Source: Paramecium tetraurelia (taxonomy: Eukaryota). From it: a stretch of 23,968 bases of DNA. Below are positions 10,605 to 21,467 of the stretch, one piece after another (the stretch's first letter is position 1; every line of letters starts with the position of its first letter). The translations under genes were made by a program, and so were the position numbers. Under the pieces are notes generated by a model. The model did no database searches and was not told the origin of the DNA. It worked only from the letters and a program-made list of their open reading frames with translations. Where the stretch lies: NCBI GenBank assembly GCA_000165425.1, contig CT868014.1:248001-271968 (forward strand), given 5' to 3'.

Positions 10605-11819
10605 TCATAATTGTTATTCTTCTTCTTTTTCTCTATCCACTGAAGAATTTTACAATTCAACTTCTTAGTTTTGATTGATAATATTATATGCTTTAGCCTT
10701 TTTGCATAACTTAAATAAAATTGCAATTAATGACAGAGCGCCAAATATTATCATTATGTAATATATAGGGAAGGTACTTTTATTTTGTAATGAATAACTT
10801 TAGCAATCAATTTATGAAAATGAAAAACTCTTTTCATTTTGATTAATTGTTAAGTATAAATTATTTAAAAAAGTAACACCTAATATGAGAGATTTCTTTC
10901 TATAAATAGGTTAAAATTTCATACTTGGATTGCTTAAAAGGGAGTTGTATATAATCTCCAGAATAGTACAAAAATTGATATGGTTAATACTCTAAATAAA
11001 AGGTTTCATTTATATATATTTTAATCGCTGATATATTTTATAGTATAAATTTGTTCTCATGTATACTTAAATATCCATAATTCATAATGCTGAATCCAAA
11101 TTACTTGTAAAAATTTGCTACTTCGCTTTTATTAATTATTTTAATACCTGAAGATACCTTAGGGTAATTCAGTAAATGGGTTTAGAGAATCTACTTAAAT
11201 GTTCACGTTTTCAATATTGATACTTGCATTTAACCCTATTTACATTTGCTTAAATTTAAAAGAATAAACATTCTCATGTTAGAAATAAGGTATTGTTATT
11301 GAGTTTTGTTGATTCTTCTATTTTGATTTATGAATAAAGCCTAGAGATGAGAAGCACAATGAAACTACATTTGATACAAAGGTATTTTATGGAAAAGTAA
11401 AATTCTAATGATTTTCTGTCTTATATAATTAAATCGGTACATAGTCTTCTCATTCCAAATCCAATTTAATTAGTTTTAATGGAATGTAGAGCTATAAATT
11501 CTTCGAATTATTTATCTCCTTTAATATTTTCAATCTCTATCACTGATTCTTATAGAGTTCCATTCTACTCCAAGTCCAACTAATCTATAAATGTATATCG
11601 ACAGAGTTGATCGCAATATTGGCATTTATAATTAATATTGCATTCTTAATTGGTTCCATTAATATCAGTAACACTAAACTCATTATTTAAATCTATGGTG
11701 TATTCTTCCTTGTTAATAACAATGTAATATTTCAAAGTCAATTCATTTTGTCTAAGTGGGTATGTATCTTTAGGAAGATCAAAGCTTAAGACTAATTAAA
11801 ATAATATATAAATTAACAT
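10605..11819 (-). CDS. Type-I membrane pepsin-fold (peptidase A1-like) protein with degenerate catalytic motifs, 380 aa
   Basis: ATG 11819, TGA 10605-10607, introns 11416-11440, 11126-11147, 10900-10924. It has a signal peptide, Cys cluster, VVSLCFS, VDSLNPFTELP (cf. IDSGTTYTYLP), YQPYQFLY and LILGVTFLNNLYLTINQNEKSFSFSQIDC (cf. ILGxxFLxxxYxxFDxxNxRIGF..C), then a TM helix (IYYIMIIFGALSLIAILF) and a short tail. Confidence 0.75.
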
Positions 11820-11836
11820 TAATAATAAATAATTTA

Positions 11837-12985
11837 TCATTTCAGAACTTCTACTTCATTATTAGAAATCAATTGCTATTATTCAACATTTTTATTCTTT
11901 TTCAATAAGTGTTGAGCTCGTATCTTTCTAAATATTGCATAAATAATTATCAATATAATTATTATGAAGATAATCTTAAACATTAGATATTCAAAGATTG
12001 TTTCTTTCTTGATTTGATTAGGCTTGCATCTCTCTCCCTATAATTATTCTATAAAAATTTCTTTAGTTTCGGATTAATAATGAATAATCTTATTTTTCAG
12101 AAAACTATGACCTAAAACAATTTCAGACAAAAAGTTAGAACCAAAAAGCTTCAAAACATCTAACCCTCTATTTTCAAAATTATAATAGAGGTAATCCTCA
12201 GGCAAAATGACCAAGGGCTGGTGCTTAACATTATAAAATTTGATTAAATTTAAATTTTCAATTCTTTATTAATTTGTTTCTCTGATATATACTTCGTACT
12301 CAGGGATATAGGAACCTTAAATAAAGTCATGCGATAATGATTTAAATATTTTCATCATAAGTTCTATAGGAATACTACAATAATCTATTTGATCATTTAA
12401 GACGATAGAATAATTTGAGATATTAAAAATTTATTGTTCAACTTCCAAATAATCAATTCTAATTGAATAAAAATCGCTTATTTAATCAATTTCCTTTATA
12501 TTGCTCTTGATTCCATTCATTTTATTTTGATGATTAAAGATTGCTTCATTCTGATTAGTTTTAAGATAACCATCATCATGAGAAATGCATAATGTATACC
12601 CAAAATATACAAAAGAGTTGTAAATTGGTGAAAAAGGATTTAATGCTATAAAATTTTAGATATCTTCATTATCTTAATATTCCATAAAAAAATGGATAAA
12701 GGAAAAAATTTCTGTATTATATGAATGCTTTTCTTGATCATAAATATCAAATTCGCTAATTTTTAATTAGTATTAATTTATTTAATTATTTATACCAATC
12801 AGACAACCTTAAGTAGCATATGGGCAATATAAATAATCATTTTCATCTGAAATCTGTGAAAATTTGCCTTAAAAGGATATATATGCCTTTAGTGACTAGG
12901 CTATTTCAATCAATAGACCATCCTCTTTCACCTCTAAATTATATAAGGAATAAGCAATTTAGAGTAATGCAAATATAATAATCAT
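11837..12985 (-). CDS. Second, more divergent type-I membrane pepsin-fold-like protein lacking catalytic motifs, 382 aa, intronless
   Basis: ATG 12985, TGA 11837-11839, 1149 nt open in code 6. It has a signal peptide, YTLCISHDDGYL, FYSIRIDYLEV, IVLNDQIDYCSIP, ILPEDYLY and IVLGHSFLKNKIIHY..C, then a TM helix (IIFIIIILIIIYAIF) and a basic tail. Confidence 0.7.
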
Positions 12986-13029
12986 AATATAATATTTTCA
13001 ACAAGAATAGTTAATTAATCTCCAAATAA

Positions 13030-14480
13030 ATAGGTTCATATAATAATCTAGTACCTCCTTAATTTTAAGGAAAAACATAATTTTCATATTGACTTACAAA
13101 ATTTAAAGCTTAAATTGATAAATTAAAGTGAATATTTGATTCTTTTATGGAGGTCGATTGATGTTTAATATTAGTTCTTTATAATAGATAATTTAATTAA
13201 TAAATCAATGAATTTTAATAATAGGAGATAATAAAATTTTTAATTATGCCTAACATCAATTTGATTATAACGAAACTATATATTTAATGTTTCCTGGTTG
13301 ATGATTTTTTGGCATCACAACATATTGAATTTTTTAAAATCATATATAAACTTTGTTTATGTTTAAAATTTTGTTTGGAGTGATATTAAATATGATGTTT
13401 TAATTTCAAATAAAATGAGATCAACCAATCGATAATATAAATATAGAAAATAAATTCATCATACCTTAAACGTAAATATTAATTGAATAATAATAAGAGA
13501 ATTAGATACGTTTGAATTGATAAACTAATAAATAAAGTGGAGTTAATCTTACTAAAGTTCTGGTTGCATATTTTTTAAGAATATTATCGGATAAGAAAAA
13601 GATTGGGGTTTCTTCCAATAATATTTAGTAAAATAATTACTTTAACATTAGAAAGCTGCAAGATTTAAATAATTAACAAAGAGGATGAAAATAACAAAAG
13701 AACAAAGGCTGTAACAGAGAGTCTATTCTAAAAATCATCAATTGAAGCATAAACTAATATAGAAGAAAACATCAAGATAAACTAACAAGTAGGGAAAATT
13801 ATTAGCACTCAAAAATAATTGGTAGCAATACTACCAAGATTAGCAGGACTAGAATTAAATTACTATAATTTCTATTAAATATGAGAGTGTTTAATGATAA
13901 CTTCGATCAGCTTATGTATATTTGCTATGTTATAAGGAATAAATATCAAAATAAAGGAGACATACGAGATATATATATATGTGCAAGTCAAGTATTTAAA
14001 ACTTACATTTTTGAATACGTGGCGATTCTTTTTCAATTGAATTATTGACAAATAAGAATTTTACTTCTGAGTCGGCTTTTGATATTTATTTGTATTAAAC
14101 TCGGAGCTTTAGTGGAGATGTTTAGTAAATTTATAATGAAAGTTTTGGAAATCAATATTTAATTCCTAGCTTCTCTCTAATTGATGTTGATACTGGTTTA
14201 AAAATAAATATTTCATATTATCATTGGGGGGTCATTAAGATTCAATTTATTCTCATAGATTTTAAATGTCATCAAACCTTATACCTCTAGCATTTTAATA
14301 GGGAGGACTTAAGATAGTAATTTTCCTTTTCTCTTGTTGACCTGAGATTTATAGTATTTGGCAAATAAAACAATTAAAACTAATTACTATTTAACTGTAT
14401 TCTGCCTAATTTATCTGAGTAAATTGCTTTATTAGTATCTATCAACTCATGAAGGAATAGAATACTAATCATTTATAATC
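13030..14480. pseudogene. Coding-like but unresolved region, possibly a decayed gene
   Basis: Long TGA-free stretches occur on both strands: a minus frame with hydrophobic segments (VLIIFPTCQFILMFSSILVYASIDDFQNRLSVTAFVLLLFSSSLLII) and a plus frame (INKEDENNKRTKAVTESLF..LPRLAGLEL). I found no complete ATG-to-TGA model and could not decide the strand. Confidence 0.25.
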
Positions 14481-14750
14481 TTAAATATATTTAATGTACT
14501 GGTAATATTAATTAATAGCACTAGAAATTTACCTTTAAATAAAAAATTTTAAATAATAAATATATTTTCATAACCAAAGTTGAAATTGATTAATATACTT
14601 TAAAATTAAATGAGTTCAATTTATCCTCAAAAGTTCCTCTGATTAATCCTGTTTTATTTATACAAAAATAATCGAATAGAATTTTTTTTCAAATTTCTGA
14701 ATTGATGTTTCACTTTGAAATAAATTCAAATTTAATTATTAATATTTTTT

Positions 14751-17700
14751 ATGGAGGAAGCCTTATTAGCTTTAAAAGAGAATAGCATTTAATTGGCAAT
14801 AAACAAATTTCAAAGACAAAAAGTTGAGAATGAAGGAGCTAAAGTTCTTTTAAGTAAAATTAATGAGTTTTACTAATCATAAAGAGAGATGGCTTGTAAT
14901 TGGATCATTCGGAATGAACAAATTTCAATAGTTAATAAATTTCGAGCTTATAATATCTTAGGTATCAACTTATATATAATTAGGTTGTACCTTAGATGAT
15001 GAAAATGAGAAATATACAAATTTTGCAATGGCATTAAAAATGGGTATTAATTAGCATTTTGATATCTCTGACACTCTGATAAATTTTCAAAAGGTGTGCT
15101 TACGTTAATAAAAATATGATTATGTCGTTAAATTTGCTAAAGTTTCTAATTCATTTTAAGGAAGACATCGAGTAGTAGCATTATACAATTAAGCTAAAGG
15201 TCATCTTGGGTTAAATTAAATAAAAGAATGCAAAGAATGTTCGTAATAGGCTTATTAAGAATGTAAAAGTCTCTACGGACTGAAAGATCCTATGACGATA
15301 CGATTAGAGGAATACTTAAATTTATTAGAACAGAACTAAGATTTATATATAAGCTATCAAACACCTAATAATCTCGATTTATCAAGATTATCATTTTAGA
15401 GTAGTTAACCAAGAACCAAATAACGTTTTGATAGAACTTTTACCTAATTTGATAATAAAAATATGTCAAATGATTTCAAAAGAGAAAACCTAAATACATA
15501 AGAATTAAGAGCAGAGTTTTTTTATTAAAATAAAAAAACAAATACATTAGAGAATTAAAGTTTCTGTTGTGATTTAATCTAAGAGTTTTTCAGTTTTGCA
15601 GATATCACAATAATAGTAAAGAATGTATAACCTAATTCTCCTTGCTAAGCATTATTTTAAGATTATTAAAATTTACTCTAAGAAATTCTAGATGAAGGGG
15701 AAGAATAAAATAATTAAATATCTCAATTAAACAACATTTCAGAAGAAACTACTAAGAACAATGTATTAATATACTAATTAACACCACAGAATGAGAATAA
15801 TATATCCTAATTAGATAAAATGATCTACATTTAAAGAGCATAAATTTAGGGCCTTCTTATATAAAGTGTTTAAAAAGATATTAATTTAAAATTAGATGAA
15901 AACTTATTCTAATATCAAGTCATGAAAGGGTCTAAAGCAAAACAAGATGATATAAATGATTTCTTTCTGAACCTGAAAAATACTTTGGATAGTATTGTAA
16001 TATTAACATATAAATGTTAATCTGAGATAGAAGCAGATAGAATTCTAAACATTTTAAAATAAAAGATTATTTATAAAAATATTAGCAGACAACTGAATGT
16101 AGAAGATTTAGATATAATTTTATCATCTGAAATCAATCTAACTGATTTTTCAATTTATCCTACTTTATTAAGATAGGCTTAAAACTTAAAATCAAATACA
16201 AACTAGATTATAGTTATTTGTAAGCTAAGTAACCCATCTAATCTTTAGTAACTTTAGAATTAGTTCTAAGGATTGGTATAAAAATCCTAATATTTATAAT
16301 TAATAAAGGATTAATTTGATATAGAACTTGTATTTAATCCTGATGTAAATGATATAGATCAAAAAGGAAGGTAACTTTAGTAGAATGAAGAATAGTTTGA
16401 AATATCAGTATCATAACCAGAACTTAATGTTGGAAATAAAAAAATGTTTGTTGTTAATTCAGTAATACAATTCTGGATGGATAGTAGGACTTAATCGATG
16501 AATGAAGAAAAATAAATATTTACAAGAATCACACATTTAATATTGTAAATCTATTTTCCAAGCTTATCCATTACTGTAAAAGATGAAAAGCAAATGAAAT
16601 TATGGTAAAATTTCTTGTATCAATTTCATCCTAATAATCCAAAAGAATCTTACATTATTAATACATAGTTATTAATAGAAATATAAGGAGAATCAACTAA
16701 AATAGAAGACAAATATAAATCAATTATAAAAGAGTTAACAGAATTTCAGTTCAAGAGATTTTCCTTTGACGTTCAAGAGGAGATTGCAAAAGTTTTAGCA
16801 GAAGAACAAAATTTTGAAAACCAATTTAAATCTAGTTTAGAAAGAATTTCTCAAAAATAAGGGCAATGTCTAATTTAGATTGTTGGGGTTAGTAATAATA
16901 AAATATTAGTTGATGTTTATGTAAATGATAAAACAAAATTAAATAATATTTAAAGTGACCTTTAAAAAGATTTCTTTAATGAGTTATGTATACATGTAGA
17001 AAAGAACCTTGACATTGAAGATTTATACGCTTATTTAGGAATGGATAAATAATAGTTCAAAGCTGAATATGAAGTTGAAGTACATAGGTGCAATAAAGAG
17101 TATTTTTTCATTTGTTTAAATATACTTTTAGACGAGGTTAAACAATTAATTGAGTACACAAAATAGGAAAAAAAAGAAAATAGAAAAAATGAATGTATTG
17201 AGTGCAAAAATACCCTTGTATTCCTTGAAATAAAAAAATAATTCGTGAATGAATCAACTTATGGAAATGAAGAAATTCATATCAATTTTGCCTAAAATAA
17301 CAAAATTATAATCAAAGCATCGAAATAAGAGTTATTAAAAACAACATCTGAGACAATAATTTAAAAAATGAAAAATCTTGAAAATTAATTGATAAGTAAA
17401 GTTTGTACATTTTAAGAAAAACAGATGAAATTTTTCAAAAAGAAGTTCGAATCATAATACAAAGATTTAGAAAATGAGAAATCAGTAGCAATCAAATTTT
17501 AGACTAATTAATTTTCAATAATATCTAGAGTCTTATTCGAAGATAAAAAACTTCAGTTGATTTAAGCTAATATAATTTCATTAGAATGCGATGCTATAGT
17601 AAATTTTCATTGTTCACAAAAAAACAATTTTGGAGTTAGCACTTTAACACAAGAAATTTTAGATTTTGGAGGATCATTGTATTAGCAAAATTTTCTTGAG

Positions 17701-19505
17701 CTTTTAACAAACAATACTCCTTCATAAAATGAAATTGATATCACAATTTCTTAATTAAGTTCATTTCGAAATATCCATTATATTATCAATTTAATTATTC
17801 CTACTTCAAGCATCCTGAGTAATAGTAATCCTTAAACAATATAATAAATTATAGATAGTCTTTTCGATCACATTCAAAACAAATATGAAATCTCTAGATT
17901 AGCTATTCCAATATTTAATATTTGTGGGAATACTCATACCTAAAATATTTAAACATATCTTAATGCTATAATTTAGAGATTATTCAATAATGAACATCCA
18001 GTCAATTAAATCTATTTAGTTGAAATAGATCAATAAAAAATACAAATTGTAGATTCTGTTCTTTCGGATATTTCAAAAGTTTCTCCAAATAGTCACTCAC
18101 AGAATTAATGGCAATGGAGAGATACAATTAATTTTGTAAATTATAATGAGGATATAAATAAATAAATAGATGATGCTTATGAAAGATTTGAAAAATCAAA
18201 ATAAGAAATAATTATTGATTTAAAATTTCAGATTGAAAGCAAACCAAGTACTCATACTGTTGATCTAAAAAATTTAAAAATAAAGGAATTATCATCTAAT
18301 TTTGAGTAGAAAATAATTTTTGAAAGAAAAAGGAATAAAATAAGTTATTTCATTAACGATGAAGAATTAGAATAAGAACTGACTTAATATTTTATCAATA
18401 TGTATAATAAATAATGCTTTTTATTTGACATTTTTTGGAAAAATTTGTAAGTAGTATTTAATAACTAAGGTATGTATTAACTGAATACAAATACGAATTA
18501 TAAAAGAATTATTTAAAAAATTCCTTATTTGCAAGACAAGTTGGGAGCAAAACAACTATATGAATTAAATATTAATAAGATTTAAGATTGCTAAAATTAA
18601 ATTGTGATTTAATCTTTCGATTCTGATTTGAATGATATGATTTTAAGAGAGATTAAAGAAAAATTGTCTCAATCCTTAATTACTTAAAGAATAGTTTTAC
18701 CTTAATTGAGTAATAACGAACTAAAAAATTTTACTGGATATATAGAAAGCATAGCTTAAGTTATTCAAGGTAGAATGATGTCAGGATAAACTATTAATGT
18801 TGAAATTTTTAAAAATAAAGAAAAAAAGTTGTTTCAACAATTAGAATTAGTCAAAAGTTATGCAAAAGAATACCCTAAGAACTGGATAGCCTAAACAGAA
18901 AATTACATCAAAGTTCTTCTTGATTAAAATTCCTAGGAATATAAATAAATTAAAAATCTGTTTTAGAAAACAGAGAAGGGATCTATTAAAGCTATTTTTA
19001 GGATATAGAATAAAGTGTTATGGGATAATTATATTGTAGAGAGGAACAAGTTATTTGAAATTCATAAAAAGTAATCAGGACTATTACTTCCAGAAGAACG
19101 GGAGAGATATCTGTGGCATGGAGTATATTCATAACATCCATCCGTAATATACAAGAATTAGACAGAAGCTTTTGATGTTACATATAGTAGAGTAATAAAT
19201 TTAATTCAAAATAGGTTGGATTATGGGGATAAGGTATTTATTTTGCCGAAAATGCCTCCTACTCCAGAACTTATTCTTATAAAATTTAAATTCAAGATGA
19301 TCCTAAATATGCGGGCAATTTAGTATTTTTATGTTGCTTAGTTACAACTGGTAAAGCTGAAAATTGTTAGCAAAATAATAATATTAGAAAACCAAGCGAT
19401 GGATTTGATTGTGTTACTGGATTTACAAATGGAAGCAACATATTCGTTATATATTAAATGCATGTAAGAAGAGCATACCCAGCATATGAAGTTATCTATT
19501 CATGA
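14751..19505 (+). CDS. Multidomain PARP-family mono-ADP-ribosyltransferase: TPR-like N-terminus, long central region, macro domain, two WWE-like domains, ART catalytic domain; 1569 aa
   Basis: ATG 14751, TGA 19503-19505, introns 14962-14983 (22 nt) and 19192-19214 (23 nt), 4710 nt spliced. Macro domain at about 17545-18066 (LQLIQANII..CDAIVN..EILDFGG..YIINLIIP..RLAIPIF). WWE at about 18106-18327 (QWQWRD..FVNYNEDINKQIDDAYE..HTVDLKNL). Second WWE-like at about 18340-18525 (VVFNNQGMYQLNTNTNYKRIIQK). ART at about 18870-19502 (RIQNKVLW, YLWHG, WGQGIYFAENASYS, LVTTG, FDCV, NIFVIY, AYPAYEVIY). Confidence 0.93.
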
Positions 19506-19559
19506 TTAAACTTACATTATTTAATTTTATAATAAGATTACATGACATTGTTGTTTTTA

Positions 19560-21000
19560 ATATATCTGATTTGAACTTCAAATAAATTTATAGTTTAATC
19601 CAAATTTTTATTTTTTCAATTTTCTTATTCTAATAAACTTCATCTTATGTAGAAACCAATTATTATAAGAACCCTTTTCTAAATTATGAAGGATTGATAG
19701 AAAGAACCTTCAAATATATAAGATTCTAAAATATTGATTGCGTTCGTGTAAATACTATCCAAATAATAGAATATATTAAATTATGGTCTTTATACAAAGT
19801 TAAATTTTATTTTCCTAAAGAAATTGAAAATACTGATCTTTGGCATCTGAATAACAGTAAGAAATTTAAATTATTACCTGAAGTAGATTAAACTTTAAAA
19901 GTAAATTTAACTAACTTTTGTGTAATATCTAATTTAAATATATATTATTTAATTTTATGAGTAGTTTTAGAAATTAACCATCCTTTCTAATAATTATTCT
20001 CTCTCAAAAATTTCGAAAAGACTAATAGAGAATCTGTTATGAAAATAATCGTTAATTGTAGTAAAGATAAAAAAAGCTCATCCAGCTCAAAATCATTTAA
20101 GCTTGATAATTTTCCCAATAGATTTTAATTGAAAAGTAGAACCTAAAAAATACGTTTTAACTATATTTTATTTTTAATCACAAATTAGAATTCAAATTAT
20201 TTTACTCTAAAAGAATAATCTTTATTAATAATTAATATGGTAGAGATTGAAATTGTTTTAATAGGAACTAAAAGAAGAATTTGAGATTAAACTTAAAATT
20301 TAACATGTAATAAAATGAGTTAACTCGCCTTCTCCTAAAAATACTAACTGCTTTGAATAGACTCAAATTAATGACCCTGATGTGTTACAAATAAAAACCT
20401 AAAAAATAAGTTTAAAATCTTAAAGAGAGTAGTAGAACTATATATTTTGATATAGCGATTCCTTCATATTAATAAATCACATTCGCACGATATAAAGTTC
20501 TTCCCTCAGTGGGATTCAAAATGATATTTAATTTGCCATAACCATTTTCTTAATTTATAAAACTAATAGAATTAGAATCAGATCTTAAATCAATTTCCTA
20601 ATAGAAAAGGTCTTTGATACATCTTTTAGTGCTCCTTATCTATTCTTGATCCCTCTTCCTAAATCATAGACCTAATTACTTTTATGCAGATTGCTCTCTA
20701 AATAGGAATGGGTTATATATTTATTATTTCTAAATTTTAATTGGTTAAGGAGAAATTTAATAATCTTCTCTTCTTCTTATTTTAGAAATATGATAAGTCC
20801 TGCAAATAAATACTATTTTTTTTAAGATTCTTATTCAGATAATCCCAGCAAGTAATAATGGACAATTTGTAATACGAAATGACATCTATCATAAAAGGAT
20901 AAGCTTTTATAATTTTTTGTTCCTACATTGTTACTTCAACCCTAGGGTTTATTGTTAAAGGAACTTAGAAATAATATAACAATATTTTTGGTCTAATTGA
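19560..21000. pseudogene. Coding-like unresolved region, probably a decayed gene
   Basis: Protein-like fragments occur on the minus strand (GLIIFLKQEEEKIIKFLLNQLKF..YDLGRGIKNRQGALKDVSKTF; DAKDQYFQFLQENKIQLC), and there is a TGA-free plus frame at about 19645-20042. No consistent model. Confidence 0.25.
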
Positions 21001-21467
21001 TTTATTCAAGTATTTATATAATTTTATGAGGAATGATACTGATATTATTTATAGTTTAAATGTGATATTTCATTTTTCAAAAAGGTTACAACTAATTTAA
21101 AGATAAGTGGGTAGTTAAAATATTTATTTAATCCTGATCGATTTGAAAACACAATAACCATTGTATAATAATTTTTATTTTTTTTTCATTTTTTTTATGA
21201 TCCAAGATAGATTAAGTCAATTTAAACGTATCTGTATGATTTTATAATTTAAGTATCAATTTGCTAAAAAAAATGAATGCATCTCTTTTGAAAATGCCAA
21301 ACTTTGAAAAAAGAATAAACTACTATCATTTAATATTTTCGATTAATTTATTAATAAAAAAACAAATTATATATATAAATATTGAAAATTTAATTATATA
21401 TATAATATCATTTATCTTCTAATAATCTCACAAGCATATCCAATAATATCTTATAATATTGCCTTTC

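Noticed and set aside
12756..12795. 40-nt GTA..TAG AT-rich segment as an intron
   Set aside because: The unspliced sequence is in frame (GINNQINQYQLKISEFD). Splicing shifts it out of the motif-bearing frame, and 40 nt exceeds the intron sizes seen here.
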